Positions 18,368 to 29,082 are shown, numbered from the stretch's first letter. The stretch is 64,000 nucleotides of DNA from Candidatus Yanofskybacteria bacterium (GCA_020847715.1 JADLBM010000021.1:800-64799), one strand, 5' to 3'. The notes: generated from the sequence alone by a model not told the origin. Numbers and translations: made by a program.

Positions 18368-18398
18368 ATCACAAACAGCTCACCGAAGTGAGCTGTTT
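18368..18398 (+). terminator. perfect 13-bp stem hairpin (ACAAACAGCTCAC / GTGAGCTGTTTGT), likely terminator
   Basis: inverted repeat directly after stop of 18018..18356; weak T-run. Confidence 0.45.
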
Positions 18399-18463
18399 GT
18401 GTGCCACTATACTAGGATATCGCTTCAATGGTGGCGGGGATGTGGCAAGAGAGGGGGTGAAAT

Positions 18464-19027
18464 CTACTGACCATCGGTAGGGGCAGCTTTTGCTTTTTCC
18501 TGCTCATCAATGTCCTTCACGTTCCAGCCCTTGGTGGTGATGATTTTGTCTCGGAGGTAGATACCAAGCACTTCAGTAACATCACTGAACTCAAGACCTT
18601 CTTTGAAAAGGTAGTCCTTGATTGCCGTCATGCGGTCGTCTGCCTCAAGCGTAGCAATGACCTTCTTTGATGCTTCCTGTACATCGTAGGATGTCTTTAC
18701 ATTCTCGCCATCAACCTTGCTCAGAAGGTCGGTGATATTATCGTCAACAAACTTCCGACCACCGCTTTCGGTAAGCACTTTCTCTCCACGTTCCGTGAGG
18801 GAGATAGGGCTTTTCTTTTTCGTGAGAGGGCCTTGATTGTCTAGCATCGTCTCACACTTTATTGTTTTGTCGCGAATTTCTTTTACTTCCTTTTGCACCC
18901 CTTCAATATCCTTTTCGGCTCGGTCAACCTTAGACTTATATTGACCGATGGTGAATACGGCTGACAACCCACCGACGATTGCGGCAAGCAGGAGGTTTAC
19001 TATGAAGAAAATCATCTCTTTATCCAT
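18464..19027 (-). CDS. hypothetical N-terminally TM-anchored coiled-coil protein (about 187 aa) in low-GC patch
   Basis: MDKEMIFFIVNLLLAAIVGGLSAVF TM then charged coiled coil; local GC about 45% versus about 60% window average. Confidence 0.5.
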   Translation of the reverse strand: MDKEMIFFIVNLLLAAIVGGLSAVFTIGQYKSKVDRAEKDIEGVQKEVKEIRDKTIKCETMLDNQGPLTKKKSPISLTERGEKVLTESGGRKFVDDNITDLLSKVDGENVKTSYDVQEASKKVIATLEADDRMTAIKDYLFKEGLEFSDVTEVLGIYLRDKIITTKGWNVKDIDEQEKAKAAPTDGQ

Positions 19028-19247
19028 GAACGTATGGTACAAGATATTTGGGGTATTTGAAAGTATCATTCCGATGTTCATGTCTTAATTGCTGCCAGGG
19101 AGTACTCACCATATTTTTTTAGTCTGAGTGAGCGCTCGATCCAGTCACCCAGCGGCCCCGCGCTTGGCCGCAGATGAGGCGATGAAATCCGGCTTCGGCC
19201 CCGACGAGGTCCGAGCGATTTCCTTTCGTGCAGGTCGAGAGCTAGCG

Positions 19248-19649
19248 CTAGAAAGTATTTTCAAACTCTCCATCCTTGCAGAGCGCATTTTCCCGCCACC
19301 AGAAAGATAATCCTCCACCGTTCAAAGGGTAAAGTTCGTCACATTTCGCATCGCTTTTTGGTTTCGGGTCGCTATACCTGATGTAGCACGTGTCGTTTCC
19401 CTCGCCATACCGCCAACCCTTCACATTGCTCCACTTGGCACCCTCAGTCTTGTAAATCGCCAAGCAATCATTTCTTCTATCAGCAGCATATTTCTTATTA
19501 GCCTCTTCGCTCTTTCTATTTTGGTACCCCTGATACGAAGCAGAGGCGACGACTACCACTAGAAGTATTGATAGCAGTATGCCGACCCTAAACCAATTGT
19601 GACCCAGCCAGCGTAATGCGCGAGAAAGTATGCGTTTCATCATACCCAT
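19248..19649 (-). CDS. hypothetical TM-anchored secreted-domain protein with 4 Cys (133 aa)
   Basis: N-terminal TM VGILLSILLVVVVASA, then Cys-containing domain; lower GC. Confidence 0.45.
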   Translation of the reverse strand: MGMMKRILSRALRWLGHNWFRVGILLSILLVVVVASASYQGYQNRKSEEANKKYAADRRNDCLAIYKTEGAKWSNVKGWRYGEGNDTCYIRYSDPKPKSDAKCDELYPLNGGGLSFWWRENALCKDGEFENTF

Positions 19650-19805
19650 ATGTTACACCTACTGCCTTTCGCTACAATAGATTCGCGAGTCCGGATGCTC
19701 CGCGATGCGCGAGCGAGAAGCGCAGTGAGCCGTACTACCGATACGGCGAGCGCGCATCGCAGCGGCAACGAAGCGGGGCGCCGGAATCGCGAATCCCCCA
19801 GCAAA

Positions 19806-19835
19806 AGCAAAAGACCCCAAACGGGGTCTTTTGCT
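19806..19835. terminator. bidirectional rho-independent terminator (GACCCC-AAAC-GGGGTC flanked by T/A runs)
   Basis: terminates tuf-rpsJ transcript on minus strand; U-run present on both sides. Confidence 0.7.
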
Positions 19836-19892
19836 TTGCCATGAGTACTCGGTAACCCTTCGACTTCGCTCAGGGTAATTCGCCCTAGCGAA

Positions 19893-20219
19893 TTACATTT
19901 TGATTTCGATGTCGACGCCCGCAGGAAGTGCCAGATTGGTCAACGACTCGATAATCTTCGGAGTCGGACCGTGGATGTCGATGAGGCGCTTGTGGATGCG
20001 CATCTCGAACTGCTCACGGGAGTGCTTGTCGATGAACGACGCGCGGTTGACCGTGAACTTCGAGATTTCGGTCGGAAGGGGCACCGGACCTACCGGCTTG
20101 CCACCGTACCGCTCGATGGTATCCGCGATTTGCCGCGCCGACTTGTCGATGATTTTGTTGTCGTATGCGCGGAGCTTGATGCGGATGCGCTGCTCCTGTT
20201 TTTCGGTTTTCTTGGCCAT
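19893..20219 (-). CDS. rpsJ: 30S ribosomal protein S10
   Basis: [40 protein letters not shown]; its stop overlaps a 20-bp palindrome TAATTCGCCCTAGCGAATTA. Confidence 0.94.
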   Translation of the reverse strand: MAKKTEKQEQRIRIKLRAYDNKIIDKSARQIADTIERYGGKPVGPVPLPTEISKFTVNRASFIDKHSREQFEMRIHKRLIDIHGPTPKIIESLTNLALPAGVDIEIKM

Positions 20220-20242
20220 GGCAAAGAACGAATGAGGTGTGA

Positions 20243-21439
20243 TTACTTGATGATCTTCGTAACCGCACCGGCGCCGACCGTCTTACCGCCTTCGCGGATA
20301 GCGAAGCGAAGCTTCTCATCCATAGCGACAGGGGCGATCAGCGTTACCTTCACGGTCACCGTATCACCAGGCATGACCATCTCGGCACCCTCCGGGAGGA
20401 ACACCTCGCCGGTCACGTCAGTGGTGCGGAAGTAGAACTGCGGCTTGTAGCCCTTGAAGAACGGCGTGTGGCGTCCACCCTCTTCCTTCGTGAGCACGTA
20501 GATTTCTGCCTCGAACTCGGTGTGCGGGGTGATCGAACCCGGCTTCGCAAGCACCTGTCCGCGCTCGACATCCTCTTTCTTCAGACCGCGGATAAGGATA
20601 CCGGCGTTGTCGCCCGCCATACCTTCGTTGAGCGACTTGTTGAACATCTCGATGCCCGTGATGACGGTCTTCTGCGTCGGGCGGAGACCGACGACCTCGA
20701 CTTCATCGTTCACCTTGCACATACCGCGCTCGATGCGTCCCGTGACGACCGTGCCGCGACCTTCAATGGTGAAGATGTCTTCCACCGGCATGAGGAACGG
20801 CTTGTCGGTTTCGCGCTTCGGCTCGGCGATGTAGCTGTCGCAGGTGTCGATGAGCGTCTTGACTGCCTTCACGTACTCGTCGTCCTTCGACTTGCCCTCG
20901 AGCGCCTTCAGACCGGAACCGCGGATAATCGGGGAATCGGTGAAGCCATACTTGGCAAGAAGGTCCTTCAGCTCAGCCTCAACGAGGTCGAGCATTTCCT
21001 TGTCATCAACCATATCAACCTTGTTCAGGAAGACGATGATGTACGGAACACCAACCTGCTTGGCGAGCAGGATGTGCTCGCGGGTCTGCGGCATTGCGCC
21101 ATCGGTGGCGGCAACGACCAGGATTGCGCCGTCCATCTGGGCGGCACCCGTGATCATGTTCTTGATGTAGTCAGCGTGTCCCGGAGCGTCGATGTGTGCG
21201 TAGTGGCGGTTCGGGGTCCAGTACTCCGAGTGGTGGAGCTGGATGGTGATACCGCGAGCCTTTTCCTCCGGAGCCTTGTCGATGGAGTCGATGGCCTCAA
21301 CGCGAGAACCATAGCCCTCATCCTTATACATATCCAGCACGTGCAGGATGCCTGCCGTGAGGGTGGTCTTGCCGTGGTCAACATGGCCGATGGTGCCGAT
21401 GTTAACGTGTGGCTTTGTACGATCGAATGCGTCTGCCAT
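20243..21439 (-). CDS. tuf: elongation factor Tu
   Basis: [30 protein letters not shown]. Confidence 0.97.
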   Translation of the reverse strand: MADAFDRTKPHVNIGTIGHVDHGKTTLTAGILHVLDMYKDEGYGSRVEAIDSIDKAPEEKARGITIQLHHSEYWTPNRHYAHIDAPGHADYIKNMITGAAQMDGAILVVAATDGAMPQTREHILLAKQVGVPYIIVFLNKVDMVDDKEMLDLVEAELKDLLAKYGFTDSPIIRGSGLKALEGKSKDDEYVKAVKTLIDTCDSYIAEPKRETDKPFLMPVEDIFTIEGRGTVVTGRIERGMCKVNDEVEVVGLRPTQKTVITGIEMFNKSLNEGMAGDNAGILIRGLKKEDVERGQVLAKPGSITPHTEFEAEIYVLTKEEGGRHTPFFKGYKPQFYFRTTDVTGEVFLPEGAEMVMPGDTVTVKVTLIAPVAMDEKLRFAIREGGKTVGAGAVTKIIK

Positions 21440-21454
21440 AGGGTTTAGTACGTG

Positions 21455-21545
21455 CGATGCGCCGTTGGTTCACCAGACCAGTGTCGCCGTGGTGTGCGCC
21501 AGTGGTCTAGCGGCATCGCACAATTAGTGTTCTTCATTTTATACG
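21455..21545 (-). other. structured element in tuf 5' leader (nested inverted repeats GTGCGATGC...GCATCGCAC and AGACCA...TGGTCT)
   Basis: about 80 nt, multi-stem, between small ORF 21565..21849 and tuf start. Confidence 0.35.
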
Positions 21546-21564
21546 GAATGCTTCACGAAGTCAA

Positions 21565-21849
21565 CTATCGCTGTCCCTCCCCTTGCGCCTCCTCCTGGGC
21601 TATCTGCTCTCGCAATGCCAGGATCTCTTTATTCAATCGCTCGAGCACCGCATCCTGCGCTTGCGCCGCGGGCCGGCTTTTCGGCCACCGAGCGGCGATG
21701 GGCACCTCCTCCGACGCTTCGGTCGGAGCCCCGACCGCTTCGCGTCGGGGTTGCCCCAATTCCCGTACGACGAGCGGTAAGTGCCCCTCCTCGACCAGCA
21801 CCACCGAGCCGTACTCCTTCACCAATTGTCGCACCTGCTTAATATCCAT
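21565..21849 (-). CDS. hypothetical 94-aa protein inserted between fusA and tuf
   Basis: MDIKQVRQLVKEYGSVVLVEEGHLPLVV... then charged helical tail; ATG 2 nt after fusA stop (possible translational coupling). Confidence 0.4.
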   Translation of the reverse strand: MDIKQVRQLVKEYGSVVLVEEGHLPLVVRELGQPRREAVGAPTEASEEVPIAARWPKSRPAAQAQDAVLERLNKEILALREQIAQEEAQGEGQR

Positions 21850-21852
21850 GGA

Positions 21853-23961
<2,109 letters not shown>

Positions 23962-23972
23962 CGATCTGCTCT

Positions 23973-24449
23973 CTATTTATTCCCCCACGCGAAGTGCGCG
24001 AAGGCGCGGTTCGCATCCGCCATGCGGTGCGTGTCCGCCTTCTTCTTCACCGCATTGCCGGTATTGTTGAATGCGCTAATGAATTCGTCAGCGAGTTTCA
24101 CTTCCATATCGCGACCCTTCCCACTGCGAGCAGAGTCGATCATCCAGCGGAGCGCGAGCTGAACACGGCGCTCGGGACGAACCTCGATAGGAACCTGGTA
24201 GTTCGCGCCACCGACACGGCGGCTCTTGAGCTCCATGGTCGGACCGGCGTTGGCGATAGCGGCATCCAAGACCTCCATCGGAGTCTTCTTGGTGCTCTCA
24301 GCAGCGCGATCGAGCGCCGAGTAGACGATGCGGGTCGCAAGCGACTTCTTTCCAGACTTCATGATCTGGTTGATGAGCTTCGACACCAGAATACTGGAGT
24401 ACTTCTGGTCCGGCTGGAGAACGTTTCGTTTTGAGATTGGACGACGCAT
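23973..24449 (-). CDS. rpsG: 30S ribosomal protein S7
   Basis: PDQKYSSILVSKLINQIMKSGKKSLATRIVY. Confidence 0.94.
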   Translation of the reverse strand: MRRPISKRNVLQPDQKYSSILVSKLINQIMKSGKKSLATRIVYSALDRAAESTKKTPMEVLDAAIANAGPTMELKSRRVGGANYQVPIEVRPERRVQLALRWMIDSARSGKGRDMEVKLADEFISAFNNTGNAVKKKADTHRMADANRAFAHFAWGNK

Positions 24450-24467
24450 TGATGAAATGGATAACGA

Positions 24468-24890
24468 CTATTTCGCAGGGGTCTTCGGTCGCTTCACGCC
24501 ATACTTCGAGCGCTCCTGACGACGGCCTTCAACGCCAGCGGCATCAAGCATACCGCGAACGATGTGGTAGCGGACGCCCGGCAAGTCTTTCACGCGACCA
24601 CCACGAATCATGACCACCGAGTGCTCCTGCAAATTATGGCCAATACCCGGGATGTACGCAGTGACCTCCATGCCGTTGCTCAAGCGAACGCGGGCGATCT
24701 TGCGAAGCGCCGAGTTCGGCTTCTTCGGGGTCGTAGTCGTAACCTTTACGCATACGCCGCGCTTGAACGGAGCCGGATAGTAGATGGGACGGTTCTTCAG
24801 TGTATTGAAACCCAGCGCCATCGCAGGCGATTTGGTCTTGGTCTTTGCGGTCCGCCGTGGGCGGCGCATCATCTGATTGAAGGTCGGCAT
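24468..24890 (-). CDS. rpsL: 30S ribosomal protein S12
   Basis: [13 protein letters not shown]...[38 protein letters not shown]. Confidence 0.95.
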   Translation of the reverse strand: MPTFNQMMRRPRRTAKTKTKSPAMALGFNTLKNRPIYYPAPFKRGVCVKVTTTTPKKPNSALRKIARVRLSNGMEVTAYIPGIGHNLQEHSVVMIRGGRVKDLPGVRYHIVRGMLDAAGVEGRRQERSKYGVKRPKTPAK

Positions 24891-24990
24891 GGTCTTGAAA
24901 GCTCTTGAAAGTCACTGCAAGTCAGAATTGCCATAGCCCTTTGGGCCGCAATTCTGACTGTTTGGACTCTGTCTCTACAAAGTCCAAACA
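24891..24990. promoter_or_regulatory. rpsL upstream region: tandem TCTTGAAAG x2 plus two palindromes (AGTCAGAATTGC/GCAATTCTGACT 12-bp stem; GTTTGGACT/AGTCCAAAC 9-bp stem)
   Basis: direct reading; no U-run placement consistent with simple terminators. Confidence 0.4.
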
Positions 24991-25035
24991 AAAAACCCTC
25001 TCACTGGACACGAAATTGTTGCAGGGACAAGTGTA

Positions 25036-25659
25036 TCAGAAGAGCCGAGCGCCTGTCAACAGTCCGAAGAGATGCATGAGAACGGGCGATATGAGCGGGA
25101 ATATCACAAAGACAACCACAGCAAGGAAGAACCACTGGTGCCGATAGAGTGCTAGCTTGAGAGCGTTGAACCGCGCCGGAAGCACCGACATGAGGAACCA
25201 GTGGCCGTCCAGCGGCGGCACCGGAATAAGGTTGAACACCGCGAGCACGAGGTTAATCCATACAATGTAGAGCACCAGAGAAACGGCCAGCGGCGAGAAG
25301 AAGCCGCCGAATAGGCGCACTGCAAGAGCGGCAAGCAGGGCGAGAAGAATGTTGGCCATTGGTCCGGCAACGCCGACCTTGCTTGGACCGTAGATGCGGT
25401 CGCGGAGCGCGCTCGGATCGTAGGGAACGGGCTTTGCATATCCAAACAGGAACGGCGATCCGGAAAGCACCAAAAACGCCGGCAGGAGAACGGAACCGAA
25501 CATATCAATGTGCTTCAGCGGATTGAGCGTGAGGCGCCCTAAGCGCTCGGCCGTACGGTCACCCAGCGAGCGAGCCATGAGGCCATGCGAAACTTCGTGG
25601 ATAACCACGGAGAAGATAAGGGCGACGACACGAAAAACAGTGATACCGATGGATTCCAT
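25036..25659 (-). CDS. site-2 protease family zinc metalloprotease (peptidase M50)
   Basis: HEVSHG HExxH motif in a TM helix, multi-TM; start moved to ATG (MESIGITVF); TGGTATAGG -10-like motif upstream. Confidence 0.75.
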   Translation of the reverse strand: MESIGITVFRVVALIFSVVIHEVSHGLMARSLGDRTAERLGRLTLNPLKHIDMFGSVLLPAFLVLSGSPFLFGYAKPVPYDPSALRDRIYGPSKVGVAGPMANILLALLAALAVRLFGGFFSPLAVSLVLYIVWINLVLAVFNLIPVPPLDGHWFLMSVLPARFNALKLALYRHQWFFLAVVVFVIFPLISPVLMHLFGLLTGARLF

Positions 25660-25736
25660 GGGGTCTCTTGCCAAAATACCACTTTTCCTATACCATAGCC
25701 AGACATCGGAAGAGTTAGCTGTAAACCCTCACTTCT

Positions 25737-25922
25737 ATGGCCGTCAAATGCCCAAAGTGCCGTAAAGGTTCCCGCATGGTCACCAGCCGTGTCCTTTTGC
25801 GCGGCAACTACAACCCGACCGGGAAGAGCCGCAAGAAGCCCAACCTCCAGTGGGCCCGCGTCGATGGCAAGCGCATCAAGCTTTGCACCGACTGCATCAA
25901 AACTCTCGCAAAGACCGCGTAA
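25737..25922 (+). CDS. rpmB: probable 50S ribosomal protein L28, zinc-ribbon form
   Basis: 61 aa, CPKC...PNLQWARV...CTDC; resembles short L28 (NLQ motif). Confidence 0.55.
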   Translation: MAVKCPKCRKGSRMVTSRVLLRGNYNPTGKSRKKPNLQWARVDGKRIKLCTDCIKTLAKTA

Positions 25923-25945
25923 CTCTGCCTCTCCCCCCACAACAA

Positions 25946-25968
25946 AACCGCCCCGAGGGGCGGTTTTG
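25946..25968. terminator. bidirectional terminator AAACCGCCCC-GAG-GGGCGGTTTT
   Basis: serves rpmB (+) and the Gly-rich gene (-). Confidence 0.7.
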
Positions 25969-25985
25969 GCATCCAAGCGGCAGAC

Positions 25986-27230
25986 CTACTGACCTATGCA
26001 GACCCCGCGGAATAGATATACGTCATCAATAGCTTCAGTGCATTCATACCGACAAACGTAATCATCCACATTGCCGTCAAACGCGGCTCTGCAAACCATG
26101 CTTCTTCCCGTACACTGCGTCGGCGGCTGGTACGGGTAATTATATTTCATCGCTTGAGGGGAATTCAACCCGTAGAGGCAGAACGAGCTGGGGCCTACTC
26201 TTGCCGGATAAACACTTTCGCTCACCGTCAAGTCTTCGCCAAAAACTGCCACGACACGACCGCTTCCCCCCACATGATTCGGATATGACACTGCGGGACC
26301 CCCGATACCGCCGTACCCCGTGTATGGGGGATAGTAACCGGCAGAATAATCAACATCCGCCGTCCTCACCGGACTCCGCCCAGAAGCGGGAAAGGCCTGA
26401 AACACAACATCGTCTCGATATGACGGATTCACATATGCTGTGCCACCGCCTCCTCCACCTCCCATGCCATTCACATAGTTCGGATATCCGGAACCGAGCG
26501 ATCCGCCGCCTCCGCCGCCACCATACCCTTTTCCGCCACTACCGGCCAAATAGTACCCCAAATTTCCGCCGGTAAAGGAAAAGTTCGAACCACCTGCTTG
26601 ACCGGGCGATGTCCCAGACCCGCCTGCGCCACCAGCGTTCAGAGCGGCGCCAATACCACCGCCAGCGGTTTGCCCGCCTGCAACGCCATTCCTTCCATTA
26701 CCTCCCCCGGCAAAAGCACCACCTTCGCCACCGTGTCCAAGCTGAGTAAATCCTGCAACCGCACCTGCTCCACCTCCGCCGCCGGGAGCAACAACCATGT
26801 ACTGATTATGCCCATCGCTCCAGACATAGGAATAATGGCCTCCCCCACCGACGCTATACTGCTGCCCTCCGGCAAGAAGTCTGAGGGTCTCTCCGGGAGT
26901 AACGTTCAGCTCTGCGATAACATGTCCGCCTCCTCCACCATTAGCAGAATCTACAATGCCTACCAAACCGCTACCGACAGGAAAGTAGGTATTTCCACCG
27001 TCTCCCCACGCCTTAATCTTAATCTTTGTGCATCCTGCAGGAACCGTCACATCTATCCATGAGTGGCTTCCGTTATCATTCGGCACACCATTAATACTGT
27101 GCCGTGATACGGAGCACCCATCCGCCTTCACCACATCTGACGTGAATGCACCCAGCTGGAATGCCACGACACCGGCGATGAGAACGCCTAAACCAAGAAC
27201 ATACAGACCTTTTCGTACAAACAGTTTCAT
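25986..27230 (-). CDS. hypothetical glycine-rich secreted/cell-surface protein with Cys-rich C-terminal domain
   Basis: N-terminal TM/signal, long GGGGG/GxG low-complexity core, 8 Cys in last 70 aa. Confidence 0.6.
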   Translation of the reverse strand: MKLFVRKGLYVLGLGVLIAGVVAFQLGAFTSDVVKADGCSVSRHSINGVPNDNGSHSWIDVTVPAGCTKIKIKAWGDGGNTYFPVGSGLVGIVDSANGGGGGHVIAELNVTPGETLRLLAGGQQYSVGGGGHYSYVWSDGHNQYMVVAPGGGGGAGAVAGFTQLGHGGEGGAFAGGGNGRNGVAGGQTAGGGIGAALNAGGAGGSGTSPGQAGGSNFSFTGGNLGYYLAGSGGKGYGGGGGGGSLGSGYPNYVNGMGGGGGGGTAYVNPSYRDDVVFQAFPASGRSPVRTADVDYSAGYYPPYTGYGGIGGPAVSYPNHVGGSGRVVAVFGEDLTVSESVYPARVGPSSFCLYGLNSPQAMKYNYPYQPPTQCTGRSMVCRAAFDGNVDDYVCRYECTEAIDDVYLFRGVCIGQ

Positions 27231-27343
27231 AAAAAATACAACGCCTCCAAAGAGGCGCAAATAAAGTTACCTTTCATATGTATCGACCATTGCGACCATT
27301 ATACGCCCGATGATACGAGGGAAGTTGATAAGTCAAAAACGCC

Positions 27344-27365
27344 CCCGGAACATGCCGGGGGCCTG
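27344..27365 (-). terminator. terminator CGCCCCCGG-AACATG-CCGGGGGC plus TTTTTG
   Basis: directly after stop of 27367..27654. Confidence 0.6.
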
Positions 27366-27366
27366 C

Positions 27367-27654
27367 CTACTTCGCCGTCCTTTCTGCGAGACGCGCGAGC
27401 GCAGCAATGTGACTGTACAGCTTCTGAGCTCGGCCGCGCAGCTTACTCGTTTTGCCAGAAAGCATAGCCTTAAGCACATCGTGAGCCGGCCGATTCTTGG
27501 TCATCCGCAGAAGAGAACGCCGCTCATGCCTCCCGAACCAGTCCAGGTGGCCCGCCCGCACAAGCCGCGCGACAGTAAACAATACCGACACGTCTCGCGC
27601 CGCATCGAAGTGGTCGAAGGCGACCTTCTTTCGCCGCCGTAACGCGTGTCCCAT
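27367..27654 (-). CDS. hypothetical basic 95-aa protein
   Basis: GGAGG 8 nt before ATG (MGHALRRRKKVAFDHF...). Confidence 0.45.
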   Translation of the reverse strand: MGHALRRRKKVAFDHFDAARDVSVLFTVARLVRAGHLDWFGRHERRSLLRMTKNRPAHDVLKAMLSGKTSKLRGRAQKLYSHIAALARLAERTAK

Positions 27655-27741
27655 AACGAACCTCCGAGGAGAGTATGCCATGCCGTGCAAGAAAGACAAC
27701 AAACAAGAACGTGCCACTTGGCACGTTCTTGTTTGTGATTG

Positions 27742-27793
27742 TCGGGCTGCCGGGAATCGAACCTGCCTACCGGCAGGCAGGCCCGGTCTACAT
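27742..27793 (-). pseudogene. tRNA-Pro 3' fragment (positions about 41-73) carrying a 20-nt hairpin-forming insertion (27764..27783) between T-stem and T-loop
   Basis: identical to the intact tRNA from ATGTAGACCGGG to CAGCCCGA except for inserted GGCCTGCCTGCCGGTAGGCA. Confidence 0.7.
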
Positions 27794-27828
27794 TCGCTCC
27801 GCGACCTGGGAATCAGTCATCACCAATG

Positions 27829-27899
27829 TCGGGCTGCCGGGAATCGAACCCGGTCTACATGCACCCCATGCATGCGTACTACCGGTATACGACAGCCCG
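27829..27899 (-). tRNA. tRNA-Pro (anticodon GGG)
   Basis: hand-folded cloverleaf: acceptor CGGGCUG/CAGCCCG, D-stem GUAU/GUAC, anticodon stem CAUGC/GCAUG, loop AUGGGGU, T-arm CCGGG-TTCGATT-CCCGG, discriminator A. Confidence 0.8.
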
Positions 27900-27936
27900 A
27901 CATTAGTGACGACCGCTTTTCAATGCTCTGATTCCC

Positions 27937-27962
27937 GTTCGAGTGAAACCGTTCACTCGAAC
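27937..27962 (-). other. perfect 11-bp hairpin GTTCGAGTGAA-CGGT-TTCACTCGAAC abutting the 5' tRNA fragment
   Basis: begins at the nucleotide where the fragment diverges from the intact tRNA (position 38). Confidence 0.6.
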
Positions 27963-27998
27963 CCCCATGCATGCGTACTACCGGTATACGACAGCCCG
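27963..27998 (-). pseudogene. tRNA-Pro 5' fragment (positions 1-37, through the anticodon)
   Basis: 37/37 identity to the intact tRNA 5' half, then diverges. Confidence 0.75.
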
Positions 27999-28114
27999 AG
28001 TATCTGTTTTGCCGCGTCAGCATACCCTAGAATACGGTGAGAGTCCAGGAGCGCCCCTTTCTTTTTCCAGGCACCCGTGGCATCATGCGCCTGCTATTTC
28101 ACAAAGGAGAGATC

Positions 28115-29047
28115 ATGTCGGCACAGAAGGTTCGCACCTTTCAGTCTGTGAATGAGCTCATCGAGAGGATGTGGCCGGAGCGGCCACCCGCGGGGCACTC
28201 GCACCGTGCTTTCTACGATACGGCAACAACAACGCTCCGCGAGCTTGAGCGCCTCGTCTGCCAGGCGATCGGCGCGCCCGTGCTCGTTGTGCATCGTCAC
28301 GAGAGCTTTCAGGGATGCGTCGGGTTCGGCTACACGCCGCGCGACGAAGACTACACCGTCAGCAAGACCTGCCTTCTCGGTATCGTCCGACAGCCCGGCC
28401 TCTTGCTCACGAGGCGTGATGGTGACCTGTTCCCACGCGTCGAGATTACCGTCGACAGGCACGTGTGGGCAGGTGACGCGATGATGAATCGCAGCGTCCA
28501 CGTTGCTACCGGGAACATCTGCGGCAATGCCCATGCGAGCCCAGTCACCGGCTGGGAAGGGCTCAACATCCCTCTGCGTGCCCGGAATCCTTGGAACGCA
28601 CTCAATAAGCCGTTGTGCACCGAAGTCATTGTCGGGGACGAGGCTGTGTGCGCTTGGGCGAAGAAGCATCATCACGAATTGTTCCTGCGCGATGCATTCC
28701 GACAGCTCGGCTACGCGATCGCATCGCCTGCCATCGACGAACGCGTTACCACGGAGCGTGTACGGCACGCCAATGCGCTCGAGCCCTTGTGGCTCAAACG
28801 GAGGATGCTCCACAATCGGATTGAGGCGCTAACCAGCTGCATTCTCAACGGCGAACATCCGATCTGGGAAGGCGAAGCGGACGCGCGCATCGCCACGCAC
28901 AAAGACCGCGAGGAGCTTGCGAACGTTGAGCGCCAGCTGCGCGAGCACATGTCGAAGCTCGCGGAGTACGGCGTGGGCGATGCGACGCCGAACATTCACC
29001 TTATCCGACACATCGCGGAACAGCTCGGCATTCAGCTCACGAAATAA
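28115..29047 (+). CDS. hypothetical protein (310 aa), no recognisable motif
   Basis: AAAGGAGAG SD 5 nt before ATG; strong terminator follows; adjacent to the tRNA-Pro fragment cluster. Confidence 0.55.
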   Translation: MSAQKVRTFQSVNELIERMWPERPPAGHSHRAFYDTATTTLRELERLVCQAIGAPVLVVHRHESFQGCVGFGYTPRDEDYTVSKTCLLGIVRQPGLLLTRRDGDLFPRVEITVDRHVWAGDAMMNRSVHVATGNICGNAHASPVTGWEGLNIPLRARNPWNALNKPLCTEVIVGDEAVCAWAKKHHHELFLRDAFRQLGYAIASPAIDERVTTERVRHANALEPLWLKRRMLHNRIEALTSCILNGEHPIWEGEADARIATHKDREELANVERQLREHMSKLAEYGVGDATPNIHLIRHIAEQLGIQLTK

Positions 29048-29050
29048 CGC

Positions 29051-29082
29051 GCAGCCCCTTCCCCACGGAAGGGGCTTTTTTG
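29051..29082 (+). terminator. rho-independent terminator GCCCCTTCC-CCAC-GGAAGGGGC-TTTTTTG
   Basis: direct reading. Confidence 0.8.

Noticed and set aside
27740-28000. Possibility that the three tRNA-like segments are three separate tRNA genes or a CRISPR-like repeat array
   Set aside because: Only the middle copy folds into a complete cloverleaf. The outer copies lack an acceptor partner strand or anticodon arm. The repeats are not regularly spaced and there are no spacer/cas features.
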